Shown here one piece after another: positions 25,296 through 34,594 of a stretch of DNA of 64,000 bases. Below the pieces are notes generated by a model. That model did no database searches and was not told where the DNA came from. It worked only from the letters and a program-made list of their open reading frames with translations. Origin of the DNA: Polyangiales bacterium (lineage in GTDB: Bacteria; Myxococcota_A; Polyangia; Polyangiales; Polyangiaceae); the NCBI GenBank assembly GCA_038231275.1, contig JBBRLQ010000003.1, forward strand, positions 44,340-108,339. Direction: 5' to 3'. Positions within the stretch are counted from its first letter, which is position 1. Each line of letters opens with the position of its first letter. The position numbers were made by a program, and so were the translations under genes.

Positions 25296-26630
25296 TTGTC
25301 CGCGCAACGCTCCAAATCCCCGCCGGCATCGTCATTCGAGCTTGGAACACTGCTCGCCGATAGGTACCGCCTCGAGCGCGTGGTGGGCGAAGGGGGCATC
25401 GGCGTCGTCCTCGCGGCGACGCACGAGCACCTCGAGCAGCGCGTCGCGGTGAAGTACCTGAAGCCGGCCGCCGCGCGCCAGGCGGTGCTCCGCGAGCGGT
25501 TCCTTCGTGAGGCGCGCCTCGCCGCGAAGCTGAAGTCCGCGCACATCGTGCACGTCCACGACGTCGGCACCGCGCCGTGCGGGACGCCGTACATGGTGAT
25601 GGAGTACCTGGAAGGCGAGGACCTCGGGACGCGCTTGAGCGCAGGCGCGATGCCCGCCGTCCTTGCCGTCGACTGCGTGATGCAGGCGTGCGAGGCGCTC
25701 GCGGAGATGCACGCGCTCGGTTTCGTCCATCGCGACTTGAAGCCAGAGAATCTCTTCACCACGCGTGACGCGTCCGGCGCGTCGACCGTGAAGCTCCTCG
25801 ATTTCGGCATCTCCAAGGTGCTCGACAAGAACCCCGACTCGAAGAAGCAAGCGCGCCTCACGGGCGTGAGCGAGCTCTTCGGAACGCCTCACTACATGCC
25901 GCCGGAGCAGCTTGGCGCGTCGGCCAACGTCGACGCACGCTCGGACATCTGGGCGATCGGCGTCGTACTTCACGAGCTCGTGACCGGCGCGCAGCCGTTT
26001 GCGGGCGGATCGATCCCGGAGATTTGCGCGAACGTCCTCCTCGCGCCGTACGGCGGCCTCGGAGACGCGGTCGCGCCGCCAGGGCTCGGAGAGATTCTGG
26101 GCAAGTGCCTCGCGAAGGAGCCGAGGAATCGGTACCGCAACGTGGCGGAGCTGGCGCTCGCGCTCGCGCCGTTCGGTCCCGCGGGCGCGAGCGAGCGCGG
26201 GAGGCGCATCGCCGAGATGATCGAGCGCGGCGGGGAGAGTGTGCACCCCGATCCGCCGTCGCTCGGAAGGATCGCGCTGGACCCCCCGCCCATGCGCGCT
26301 CACGCCCCGACCGTCGCGACGTGGGACGCTCCGTGCGCGCCGTCGACGCATGCCCTCCCGCGTGGGCGGCGGCAGTGGAGAACCGCGGCCTGCGTCGCCG
26401 TGCTTCTCGTCACGCTGTCCGCGCTCGTCGCGGCCGTCGCATCCACGCCGCTCCTCTTGCGCATCGCAGCGCGCGCGCAGATCACCGCCGGGCGCGGGCG
26501 CCCGTGCGACGCGGCGTCCGCAGCCTCGGCGAGCGAAATGTCGTGGCCCCTCGTCGAGCCCGTTGGGGATCCGCCGCCGCCGAAGACCCCTGTGCGTGCC
26601 CCGAAGTCGCGCGGCGCTGCGCGACGCTGA
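25296..26630 (+). CDS. Hanks-type Ser/Thr protein kinase with C-terminal TM segment
   Basis: Gly loop GEGGIGVV, VAVKYL, HRDLKPENLF, DFGISK, GTPHYMPPE; C-terminal TM (AACVAVLLVTLSALVAAVA). The start appears to be TTG at 25296, with no ATG upstream of the kinase domain. Confidence 0.85.
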   Translation: MSAQRSKSPPASSFELGTLLADRYRLERVVGEGGIGVVLAATHEHLEQRVAVKYLKPAAARQAVLRERFLREARLAAKLKSAHIVHVHDVGTAPCGTPYMVMEYLEGEDLGTRLSAGAMPAVLAVDCVMQACEALAEMHALGFVHRDLKPENLFTTRDASGASTVKLLDFGISKVLDKNPDSKKQARLTGVSELFGTPHYMPPEQLGASANVDARSDIWAIGVVLHELVTGAQPFAGGSIPEICANVLLAPYGGLGDAVAPPGLGEILGKCLAKEPRNRYRNVAELALALAPFGPAGASERGRRIAEMIERGGESVHPDPPSLGRIALDPPPMRAHAPTVATWDAPCAPSTHALPRGRRQWRTAACVAVLLVTLSALVAAVASTPLLLRIAARAQITAGRGRPCDAASAASASEMSWPLVEPVGDPPPPKTPVRAPKSRGAARR

Positions 26631-26660
26631 GCGTACCTGAGCGAAGCGATCGCTTCAGCG

Positions 26661-27221
26661 CTAGCCCATCCACCTTCGGTTGGTCACGTGGGACGTGATG
26701 ACGAAGCGGCAGGCCTCGTCGCCGCGCCGAAAGCACTTGGGCTGGTAGATCACCGCGGGCACGTCGAGGGCACGGAGCGCCGCTTCGAGGATCCCTTCCT
26801 CGACGACGCAGTGGTGCGGCGTCGTCTTCTCGAGGTGCGCCTCGCCGGGCGCCCACGTGAGGACCTCCCATCCGCCGATGTCGGTGCCGCGATTCGCTCG
26901 GTGGTACATGCCGTCGATGCCGTAGATGACGTCGCGCGCGCTGGGCGTCCCCTGAAGCAGACCTTGCTCGTGGGAGAGCTTGAAGATGGACCAGCCGACC
27001 CGGCGCAGCGAGCTGGGGCCGAGCACGCGATCGAGGCGCTCGAGCGGCTCGAGAAGTGTGGAGATGGGGTACCACCCGTCGTGGCGCAGCTTTCGTAGCT
27101 CCCGGAAGACGTCCGCGCCGAGCAGCTGCTCGGGCATGAGCACGGAGTCGAGGAGGGCGAGGACATCCGACCCCACCGTCTCGTGCTCGATTCCACGGTA
27201 CCCTCGGGGAAAGCGCGCCAT
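26661..27221 (-). CDS. hypothetical protein (possibly a Myxococcota-restricted family)
   Basis: 186-aa ORF, protein-like, convergent with the kinase gene. No motif recognised. Confidence 0.5.
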   Translation of the reverse strand: MARFPRGYRGIEHETVGSDVLALLDSVLMPEQLLGADVFRELRKLRHDGWYPISTLLEPLERLDRVLGPSSLRRVGWSIFKLSHEQGLLQGTPSARDVIYGIDGMYHRANRGTDIGGWEVLTWAPGEAHLEKTTPHHCVVEEGILEAALRALDVPAVIYQPKCFRRGDEACRFVITSHVTNRRWMG

Positions 27222-27272
27222 CGGTCACTCACCTATACGGTCGACACCGGGGTATGGGAAAGTGCGGAACGA

Positions 27273-28214
27273 ATGAAAGCCGCCCTCTTCGATCGCTACG
27301 GCGGAAGCGACGTGTTGCGCATCGGCGACGTGCCCATGCCACGCCTGCGCGCGGGGGAAGCCCTCGTGCGCGTTCGCGCCGCGGCGCTCAATCCGAAGGA
27401 CGTGCTCGTTCGAATGGGGAAGCTCCCGTTCCTCGTCGGGGGCGTGGGATTTCCGCGGCGGGTGGGCTTCGACTGGGCGGGCGAGGTGGTCGCGCTCGGC
27501 GCTCCCGATCCGCGCGCCCGCGTGGGCGAGGCGCTCTACGGCATGATCCAGTCGTCGCGCGCCGGCGCCTGCGCGACGTTCGCGTCCGTTCGCCTCGGCG
27601 AGTGTGCTCCGAAGCCCGCGTCGCTCGACTTCGAGCAGGCCGCCGCGATCCCGCTCGCCGCGCAGACCGCGCTCCAGGCGCTGCGGGACCTCGCGCGCAC
27701 CAAGGCCGGCGATCGCGTCCTCGTCAACGGCGCGTCGGGCGGCGTCGGTGTCTTCGCGATCCAACTCGCCCGCGATCTCGGCGCGCGCGTCACGACGACC
27801 TCGAGCGCGTCGAACCTCGCGCTCTGCGAGGAGCTCGGTGCGGCCGTCGCGCTCGACTACGCGAAGGACGACGCGCTCCGCGCCGGACCCTACGACGTGA
27901 TCTTCGACGTCTTCGGCAACCGCCCCTTTGCGCAGGCGCGCCGTGCCCTCGCGCCGCGCGGCACGTACGTCTCGACCGTCCTCCGCGGCCACGTCCTCGC
28001 CGCCCACGCGCGCACCCTCGTCTCCGCGCAGCGCGCCCGCCTCGTCCTCGTGCGCTCGCGCCGGCGCGACCTCGACCATCTCGCGGAGCTCGTCGCGGCA
28101 GGTCGACTGCGCCCGATCGTCGATCGCACCTTCGATCTGGCGGACATCCGCGCGGCGGAGGACCGCGTCGGGACCAAGCACGCCCGCGGCAAGGTGGTCG
28201 TGCGGGTGGGGTGA
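27273..28214 (+). CDS. NAD(P)-dependent medium-chain dehydrogenase/reductase (quinone oxidoreductase/ADH-like)
   Basis: GroES-like N-terminus and a Rossmann GxGxxG (VLVNGASGGVGVFAIQLA). The ATG at 27273 is codon 31 of the track ORF. Confidence 0.85.
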   Translation: MKAALFDRYGGSDVLRIGDVPMPRLRAGEALVRVRAAALNPKDVLVRMGKLPFLVGGVGFPRRVGFDWAGEVVALGAPDPRARVGEALYGMIQSSRAGACATFASVRLGECAPKPASLDFEQAAAIPLAAQTALQALRDLARTKAGDRVLVNGASGGVGVFAIQLARDLGARVTTTSSASNLALCEELGAAVALDYAKDDALRAGPYDVIFDVFGNRPFAQARRALAPRGTYVSTVLRGHVLAAHARTLVSAQRARLVLVRSRRRDLDHLAELVAAGRLRPIVDRTFDLADIRAAEDRVGTKHARGKVVVRVG

Positions 28215-28235
28215 TGCTACGAACGTCGGGCGGGC

Positions 28236-28661
28236 ATGAAGAACGTCGGCGCGGCCTCCTTTCTCCTCGCGCTCGCGTCGGCGCTCGCGGCGTGCCCGAC
28301 GCCCTACGGCGGTCCCGTCTCGATGCCGAAGGATCTCGGCGCCGCCGAGCTGGCCGACTGCCACGCCTTTACGCCCGAAGTCTGGGACGAGGGGCGCATC
28401 CCGCGCCGCGCCCTCAACGTCACCGCCCGCTGCGCCGACGCCTCGATTTGCACGGCGGTCGTCGAGCACGGCGAGGTGGTCGTGTGGGGCCTTCGCGCGG
28501 GAGCGACCGAGGTGCTCGTCGCGTACGAGCACCCTACGAGCGGCGAGCGCGGCGAAGCGAAGGTCGCGCTCTCCTTCGCCCCGCCCACGCGCGAGGACTA
28601 TCTCCACCCGCGCGTGCGAGATCCGACGCACTGCCGCCGCGACCACGAGCGGCCGCAGTGA
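28236..28661 (+). CDS. hypothetical lipoprotein
   Basis: Signal peptide plus lipobox (MKNVGAASFLLALASALAAC|P), 141 aa. Confidence 0.5.
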   Translation: MKNVGAASFLLALASALAACPTPYGGPVSMPKDLGAAELADCHAFTPEVWDEGRIPRRALNVTARCADASICTAVVEHGEVVVWGLRAGATEVLVAYEHPTSGERGEAKVALSFAPPTREDYLHPRVRDPTHCRRDHERPQ

Positions 28662-28686
28662 CGCCGCCGTTCAGGGCTATTTCAGG

Positions 28687-29679
28687 CTATTTCACGTCGT
28701 ACGCTTCGACGGCGTTGTCCATGAAGAGCGGCACGAGGACGCGGTTTCGCTTCACGTCGAAGCCGATGTCCGCCGGCGCCTTCACGTTCGGGATGACGAC
28801 CTCGAACGGCCCGGCCGCCTTGCCCTTGTAGACCGCCGACGCGTCCCAGCTCGAGATGAACAGCGAGTCGTTCACGAGCACGACGCCGTCGAGCGAGCCC
28901 TTCGGCAGCTTGAGCACGTCTTGCTTCTTGCCCTTGTCGTCGAGGCGATAGAGCTCGCCGCTGCCGAAGGTCACGACCCAGAGTCCGGTCGGGCCGAGGG
29001 CGAGCCCGTTGGGCTTGCCGAGCGCCGCGTCCTTGGCGAGGGCCGTCGCCTTGCCCTTGTCGATCACCCACACCGCGTCGGTACCGGTCGGCTCGAAGTC
29101 GCCTTTGGCGTTCTGCTTCAGGCCGGAGTCGGAGACGTACACCTTGCCGTCGAGGCCCGGCGCGACGTCGTTCGCGAACGTGGCGCCCGCCAGCTTGATG
29201 TCGGCCTTGGGGGCGCCCGTCTTCACGTCGAAGGTGCGGACGGTGTCGAGATCGGCGACGTAGAGGACGCCGGCGACGATCGCCATTCCCTTCGGTGCGT
29301 TGAGCGTGACCTTGTTCTTGCCGCCTTCGATCCACTTCTCGGTGGCGACCTTGCCGTCCGGCGTGAGCGCCGAGATGTAGCCGTTGTTGTCGACCTCGGT
29401 CGGCTTGCCGTTGATGTTCGAGACGAGGTAGCGATCGGCGGTCTCGTCGTGGAGGACGCATTCTGGCGTCGCGAAGCCGGTCGTGTGGAACGCAGCGGGG
29501 GGACCTTTGGGACCGGCGTCCGCGGCAGCGGTGGCGGCGCTCCCGGACGTGGCCGGCGCGGCCGATGCGCTGGCGGGCGGCATTGCGGTCGGCGCGGTGC
29601 CGGTCGGCTTCTTGTCATCGGGACAGCCCGCGAGCGCGAGGGCGAGGAAGGGCAGGAGGAGGAGCGATTGGGTGCGCAT
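28687..29679 (-). CDS. secreted lipoprotein, probable beta-propeller (SMP-30/gluconolactonase/NHL-like) fold
   Basis: Start set to the ATG at 29679 (codon 7 of the track ORF). Lipobox LALAGC|PDD; Ala/Pro/Ser linker; repeated strand-like blocks (YVSDSG, LWVVTFGSGELYRLD, LFISSWDASAVYK). Confidence 0.55.
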   Translation of the reverse strand: MRTQSLLLLPFLALALAGCPDDKKPTGTAPTAMPPASASAAPATSGSAATAAADAGPKGPPAAFHTTGFATPECVLHDETADRYLVSNINGKPTEVDNNGYISALTPDGKVATEKWIEGGKNKVTLNAPKGMAIVAGVLYVADLDTVRTFDVKTGAPKADIKLAGATFANDVAPGLDGKVYVSDSGLKQNAKGDFEPTGTDAVWVIDKGKATALAKDAALGKPNGLALGPTGLWVVTFGSGELYRLDDKGKKQDVLKLPKGSLDGVVLVNDSLFISSWDASAVYKGKAAGPFEVVIPNVKAPADIGFDVKRNRVLVPLFMDNAVEAYDVK

Positions 29680-29731
29680 GGTCGGCGACTCTAGCAAAGA
29701 ATCGCAGCCCTGCGCCGCAGCCGGTGGCCGG

Positions 29732-30988
29732 CTACTTCCCGACCTTGACCATCGCCTCGATGCGACCGAGGGCCTTCTCCAGGCTCTCCCACGAAGGTCC
29801 GAACGAGAAGCGCACGTATTGCCGGAAGCGAGAAGCCCGACCGTGGCGACGCTTGCCGGGGTTCACGTCGAAGAACTCTCCGGGCACCGTGATGACCTTG
29901 TGCTCGAGCGCCGCGCGGAAGAACGCCATCCCGTCGTTCATTCCGTCGGGGAGCGCGGCGACGTTGCCCCACGCATAGAAGGTGCCGTCGGGGACGCGAT
30001 CGAAGCGCACGCCAATGCGCCCGAGGCGCGACAGCATCTTGTCGCGCTTGTCGCGGAAGAGCGCCTGGATCGCGGTCGTCTCCTTCACGACGTGCGACTC
30101 CTCGAGGAGCGGCACCGCGGCGCGCTGGAGCGGCTTGCTGCCGCCGCCGTCGAGGAACGATCCCGCGCTCGACAGCGACTCGACGACGCTCTTCGGGCCA
30201 ATGGACCACGTCACGCGCCAGCCGGGGTAGCGCCAGTTCTTGGTGAAGCCGTCGACGATGAGGACGGGATCCTTGTCGACGTCCTCCACGTAGCGTGCGG
30301 CGCTCTCCACCGGCAACGCGCCCGGTCGGCCGCTGTAGATGTAATGCGAATAAAACTCGTCGAGGAGAAGCGTGCAGTCGAGCTCGCGCGCGATCGCCAC
30401 CCAACGTCCGAGCTCTTCCCCCTCGACGAGCTTGCCGGTCGGGTTGCAAGGGTTCGAGAGGAGGACCGCCGACAGGCCGCGCCCCAGGACCTCGCGCCGC
30501 AGATCGTCGGCGGTGAACGAGTAGCCGCGCTCGGGCTCGAGGAGGATCGGGATGGCGGTGAACGCCTTGAAGATGTCGAGCAGCTCCTCGTACGCAGTGT
30601 AATCGGGGATGAAGTGGCCGAGGTTGATGTGCCCGAGGCTCGCCGCCGCGCGGGTCAACGCCGCGCGCCCTCCGCCCGAGACGCACACGTTCTCGGCCGT
30701 GTACTGCGACTTCATTCCTTTGCGGTAGAGGCGGTTGTAGAGGCCCGCGATCGCATCGCGTAGCTCGGGGAGGCCGGCGATCGGCGCGTAGTCCTGGTCG
30801 TCGAGCGCGATCGTCACGTCGGTCACGCGCGGCGGAGCGCCCGGGATTTCGCCGGTCTCGGGCTGGCCTTGGCCGAGGTTGCACCACTCCGGATCCTTCG
30901 TGGAGAACCCCAGCCGGGTCGCCTCGGTGGTGACGTAGATGACGCCGGTGCGCGGGACCGGTCGGAACGCGTGCGGGAGAGCGGACAT
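29732..30988 (-). CDS. PLP-dependent aminotransferase class I/II fold protein (aminotransferase or C-S lyase)
   Basis: Fold-type I PLP signatures (LSNPCNPTGK, LLLDEFYSHYIY). It lies 36 nt downstream of cysN on the same strand. Confidence 0.8.
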   Translation of the reverse strand: MSALPHAFRPVPRTGVIYVTTEATRLGFSTKDPEWCNLGQGQPETGEIPGAPPRVTDVTIALDDQDYAPIAGLPELRDAIAGLYNRLYRKGMKSQYTAENVCVSGGGRAALTRAAASLGHINLGHFIPDYTAYEELLDIFKAFTAIPILLEPERGYSFTADDLRREVLGRGLSAVLLSNPCNPTGKLVEGEELGRWVAIARELDCTLLLDEFYSHYIYSGRPGALPVESAARYVEDVDKDPVLIVDGFTKNWRYPGWRVTWSIGPKSVVESLSSAGSFLDGGGSKPLQRAAVPLLEESHVVKETTAIQALFRDKRDKMLSRLGRIGVRFDRVPDGTFYAWGNVAALPDGMNDGMAFFRAALEHKVITVPGEFFDVNPGKRRHGRASRFRQYVRFSFGPSWESLEKALGRIEAMVKVGK

Positions 30989-31023
30989 GCGTCCGGCACC
31001 CTACGCCGCCCCGGCGTCGATCG

Positions 31024-32313
31024 CTACCGCACCATGCCGGCCGCCAACGTGGCGCCCGACGCCGGATCGATGAGGAGGAAGCTGCCGGTCTGGCGCCGCT
31101 CCGCGAACGTGTCCACCGGGATCGCTTCGGCCGTCCGGAGCTCGACGCGGGCGATTCCGTTCATGGCGAGGCCGCCCGCTCCCGGTGCGGCGCGCGCGCC
31201 GGTCGCGACGTCGTACACGTGCACGATCGCGGCGAGGACGGCGCGCACTTCGCGTGTGCCGTGTTTGAGGAGGTACGGCACGCCCACCTTCGCTTGCGAC
31301 GCGTGCACCCACGCCAGATCCGCTTCGATCTCGCGCGCGAGCGTCGGCGGCGGCTGCCCGTCGACCGAGAGGAGGTCGCCGCGGCCCACGTCGAGATCAT
31401 CGGCGAGGTGCACCGTGATCGCCGCGCCGTGGCCCACGCTCTCGACGTCGCCGTCGAACGTCTCGAGGCGCGAAATCGTCGACGCGACGCCGGACGGCCA
31501 AGCCTTGATCGCGTCGCCGCGCCGCAGGACGCCGGAGAGCACGCGGCCTGCGTACCCGCGGTAATCGGGGTGCGTCTCGTTCTGTGGACGGATCACCCAC
31601 TGCACCGCGAAGCGCGCCGGCGCGTCGGCACCTCGCTCCTCCACGTCGAGGCCCTCGAGGTGCGACAAGAGCGTGGGCCCGTCGTACCAGGGCGTCGCCG
31701 CCGACCGATCGACCACGTTGTCGCCGACGAGCGCCGACACCGGGAAGAACGCCACCGAGGGCGCCGGCCCGGGCAAAGGCAGCGCGGCGAGGTACGTCGA
31801 GATGTCCTCCCGCACGCGCGCGAAGACGTCGTACGCGTAGCCCACCTGATCCATCTTGTTCACGACGACGGCGATCGAATTCACCCCGAGGAGGCGCGTC
31901 ACGAACAAGTGACGGCGTGTCTGTTCTACGAGACCGTGCCGGACGTCCACGAGCACGATCGCCACGTCCGCGCGCGACGCGGCGGTGACCATATTGCGCG
32001 TGTACTGCACGTGACCAGGCGCATCGGCGAGGACGAAGCGTCGCGCCGGCGTCGCGAAATACCGCCAGGCGACATCGATCGTGATTCCCTGCTCGCGCTC
32101 GGCGCGGAGACCGTCGGTGAGCAAGGCGAGATCGGTGCGCGCGAAGCCGCGCCGCCGGCTGGCCTCATCGAGGTGCTCGAGCTGGTCGGTCATGATCGCC
32201 TTGGCGTCGAGGAGGAGACGGCCGAGCAGGGTGCTCTTGCCGTCGTCGACGCTGCCGGCGGTGGCGCAGCGGAGCGCGCGGAGATGCGGTTCGGGGGCGA
32301 CCTCGGTGCTCAT
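31024..32313 (-). CDS. cysN: sulfate adenylyltransferase subunit 1 (GTPase), stand-alone without APS kinase fusion
   Basis: GTPase motifs GSVDDGKST, DAPGH, NKMD. About 429 aa from the ATG at 32313 (codon 147 of the track ORF), which overlaps the cysD stop. Confidence 0.9.
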   Translation of the reverse strand: MSTEVAPEPHLRALRCATAGSVDDGKSTLLGRLLLDAKAIMTDQLEHLDEASRRRGFARTDLALLTDGLRAEREQGITIDVAWRYFATPARRFVLADAPGHVQYTRNMVTAASRADVAIVLVDVRHGLVEQTRRHLFVTRLLGVNSIAVVVNKMDQVGYAYDVFARVREDISTYLAALPLPGPAPSVAFFPVSALVGDNVVDRSAATPWYDGPTLLSHLEGLDVEERGADAPARFAVQWVIRPQNETHPDYRGYAGRVLSGVLRRGDAIKAWPSGVASTISRLETFDGDVESVGHGAAITVHLADDLDVGRGDLLSVDGQPPPTLAREIEADLAWVHASQAKVGVPYLLKHGTREVRAVLAAIVHVYDVATGARAAPGAGGLAMNGIARVELRTAEAIPVDTFAERRQTGSFLLIDPASGATLAAGMVR

Positions 32314-33218
32314 CAGAAGTATCCCTCTCGCTTTCGATCTTCCATCGCAGCCTCGCCGATTTTGTCGTCGGCGCGCGTGGCACCTCGCTCGGTGACGGTC
32401 GCCGTCGCGGTCTCGCGAAGGACGTCGTCGAGCGTCGCGGCGCTCGAGCGGATCGCGCCGGTGCACGTCATGTCGCCCACCGTGCGAAAGCGCACCTGCG
32501 CCGTGAACGGGGTCTCGCTCGGCAGGCGCGGAACCGCCGGCGACGCCGCGTAGAGGAGGCCGTCGCGCGAGAAAACCTCGCGCGAATGGGTAAAATAGAT
32601 GCTGGGAACCTCGAGGCGCTCTCGCCGCACGTACTCCCAGACGTCGAGCTCGGTCCAGTTGGAGAGCGGGAAAACGCGCAGGTGCTCTCCGCCCCGGACG
32701 TGCGTGTTGTAGATCTCCCACAGCTCGGGGCGCTGGTTCTTCGGGTCCCATCCGCCGAGATCGTCGCGCAGGCTGATGATGCGCTCCTTCGCGCGCGCGC
32801 GATCCTCGTCACGCCGCGCTCCCCCGAACGCGGCGTCGTATTTGTGCCGCGCGATCGCGTCGAGGAGGGTCACGCTCTGCAGGCGATTTCGCGAGGCGCG
32901 GGGACCCGTCTCCTCGATGGCGCGCCCGTCGTCGATCGACTGCTGAACGCTGGCGACGACGAGCGGCTCGCCGATCTCCGCGAGCCGGGCGTCGCGGAAC
33001 GCCAAGACCTCCGGAAAGTTGTGCCCGGTGTCGACGTGCATGATGGCGAGCGGCAAGCGCGACGGGCGGAAGGCCTTCAGCGCGAGGTGCAGGAGGATGA
33101 TCGAATCCTTGCCCGCCGAGAAGAGGAGGACCGGTCGAGCTCGCGTCGCGACGACCTCGCGGAGGACGAAGATCGCCTCGTCCTCCAGCGCGGTGAGGTG
33201 TCCCCGGGGCTGCGTCAT
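32313..33218 (-). CDS. cysD: sulfate adenylyltransferase subunit 2
   Basis: PAPS-reductase-like ATP pyrophosphatase signature LLFSAGKDSIILLHLALKAF, and CysD-typical DLGGWDPKNQRPELW. Confidence 0.9.
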   Translation of the reverse strand: MTQPRGHLTALEDEAIFVLREVVATRARPVLLFSAGKDSIILLHLALKAFRPSRLPLAIMHVDTGHNFPEVLAFRDARLAEIGEPLVVASVQQSIDDGRAIEETGPRASRNRLQSVTLLDAIARHKYDAAFGGARRDEDRARAKERIISLRDDLGGWDPKNQRPELWEIYNTHVRGGEHLRVFPLSNWTELDVWEYVRRERLEVPSIYFTHSREVFSRDGLLYAASPAVPRLPSETPFTAQVRFRTVGDMTCTGAIRSSAATLDDVLRETATATVTERGATRADDKIGEAAMEDRKREGYF

Positions 33219-33249
33219 GACGTTCTGTCTAGCATAATCGACAAACGTT

Positions 33250-33262
33250 CGCTATAACGAAC
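33250..33262. promoter_or_regulatory. AT-rich motif CGCTATAACGAAC (copy 1; 9 of 12 nt shared with copy 2 beyond the core) in the 63-nt cysD/cysH divergent intergenic region
   Basis: The core TATAACGAAC is identical to the copy at 41752-41764. It is flanked by a GTTCG/CGAAC inverted repeat and a nearby CATAAT hexamer. Confidence 0.4.
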
Positions 33263-33281
33263 ACAGGCTGGTTTGGTGAAC

Positions 33282-34022
33282 ATGTCGACCGCGCCCCTTC
33301 TCCCCACGCCTCTGGCCACGCGCTTCGCGTCGGCGAGCCCGTACGAGCTGCTCCGTTTCGCGCTGGAGACGTATGGGGACGGCCTTCGCATCGCGTGCAG
33401 CCTCGGCGTGGAGGACATGGTCGTCCTCCACGAGGCGGCGCGGGCGGGAGCGGAGCTCGGCGTCGTTCCGCGCGTGTTCTTGCTCGACACGGGACGACTC
33501 CACCAGGAGACCTACGATCTCCTCGACCGGGCGCGGGAGCGGTATGGCGTGCCTATCGAGGCGTATTTCCCGGACACCGTGGCGGTCGAAGCGCTCGTGC
33601 GTCGTCAGGGGCCCAACGGATTTTATGCGTCGATCGACGCACGCAAGGAGTGTTGTGCGACGCGGAAGCTCGGGCCGCTCGCGCGGGCGCTCGAGGGCGC
33701 GCGCGCGTGGGTCACGGGGCTCCGGCGTGAGCAGTCGCCCACGCGCGGCGGCGTCGAGGTCGTCGAGGCCGATCCGCAGTCGGCCGATCGCCTGAAGCTG
33801 AACCCGCTCGCGGCGTGGACCGAGGCCGAAGTCTGGGCGTTTGCGAAGACGCACGACGTGCCCACGCACGCGCTGCACGCGCAGGGATTTCCCTCGATCG
33901 GATGCGCGCCGTGCACGCGCGCGATCGCGCCGGGCGAGGACGTTCGCGCTGGACGGTGGTGGTGGGAGTCGCCGGAGCACAAGGAGTGCGGCCTCCACGC
34001 GCGCGGGCGGAGGACGGCATGA
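33282..34022 (+). CDS. cysH: adenylyl-sulfate (APS)/PAPS reductase, Fe-S cluster-containing type
   Basis: KECCATRKLGPL and C-terminal Cys pairs (GCAPCT, KECGLH) point to an APS reductase. An alternative non-ATG start lies at 33273. Confidence 0.85.
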   Translation: MSTAPLLPTPLATRFASASPYELLRFALETYGDGLRIACSLGVEDMVVLHEAARAGAELGVVPRVFLLDTGRLHQETYDLLDRARERYGVPIEAYFPDTVAVEALVRRQGPNGFYASIDARKECCATRKLGPLARALEGARAWVTGLRREQSPTRGGVEVVEADPQSADRLKLNPLAAWTEAEVWAFAKTHDVPTHALHAQGFPSIGCAPCTRAIAPGEDVRAGRWWWESPEHKECGLHARGRRTA

Positions 34023-34594
34023 GCGCCGCGCCGTACCCGCTCTTTTTGCACCTCGAAGGTCGACGCGTCCTCCTCGTCGGCGGCGGCCCGGTCGCACGCG
34101 AGAAGGGGACGGCGCTCGCCGAGGCCGGCGCACGCGTGTGCGTCGTGTCGCCCGCGATCGATCCTGCGCTGGCGGCGGTCGCCGCGGAAGCTCACTTTCG
34201 GCCGTTCGAAGCCTCCGACGTGGACGCGGCGTGGCTCGTCGTCGCCGCCGCGCCGCCGGACGTGAACCGCGCCGTACGCGCTGCCGCGGACGCGCGCAGC
34301 GTATTTTGCCTGGCGGTCGACGACGTGGAGAGCTGCACCGCCATCGGCGCGGCCCGCCTTCAGCGCGGCGCGATCACGATCGCCATCTCGAGCGGCGGCG
34401 CGGCGCCTGCGCTCGTCGCCCTCGTTCGGCGCGCGCTCGATGCGCTCCTCCCCGCAGACCTCGGCGCGTGGGAAGCGGTCGCGGTCGAAGCTCGTGCCGC
34501 ATGGAAGAAAGAGAAGGTGCCGTTCGCCGAACGAAGGCCGCGCCTCCTCCGCGCGCTCAACGCCCTCTACGAACAGGACGCGAGGCTCCCATGA
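34019..34594 (+). CDS. precorrin-2 dehydrogenase/sirohydrochlorin ferrochelatase domain protein (siroheme synthase N-terminal domain-like)
   Basis: Rossmann motif RVLLVGGGPVAREK. ATG at 34019 (codon 69 of the track ORF) overlaps the cysH stop; its own stop overlaps the cobA ATG. Confidence 0.7.
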   Translation: MSAAPYPLFLHLEGRRVLLVGGGPVAREKGTALAEAGARVCVVSPAIDPALAAVAAEAHFRPFEASDVDAAWLVVAAAPPDVNRAVRAAADARSVFCLAVDDVESCTAIGAARLQRGAITIAISSGGAAPALVALVRRALDALLPADLGAWEAVAVEARAAWKKEKVPFAERRPRLLRALNALYEQDARLP

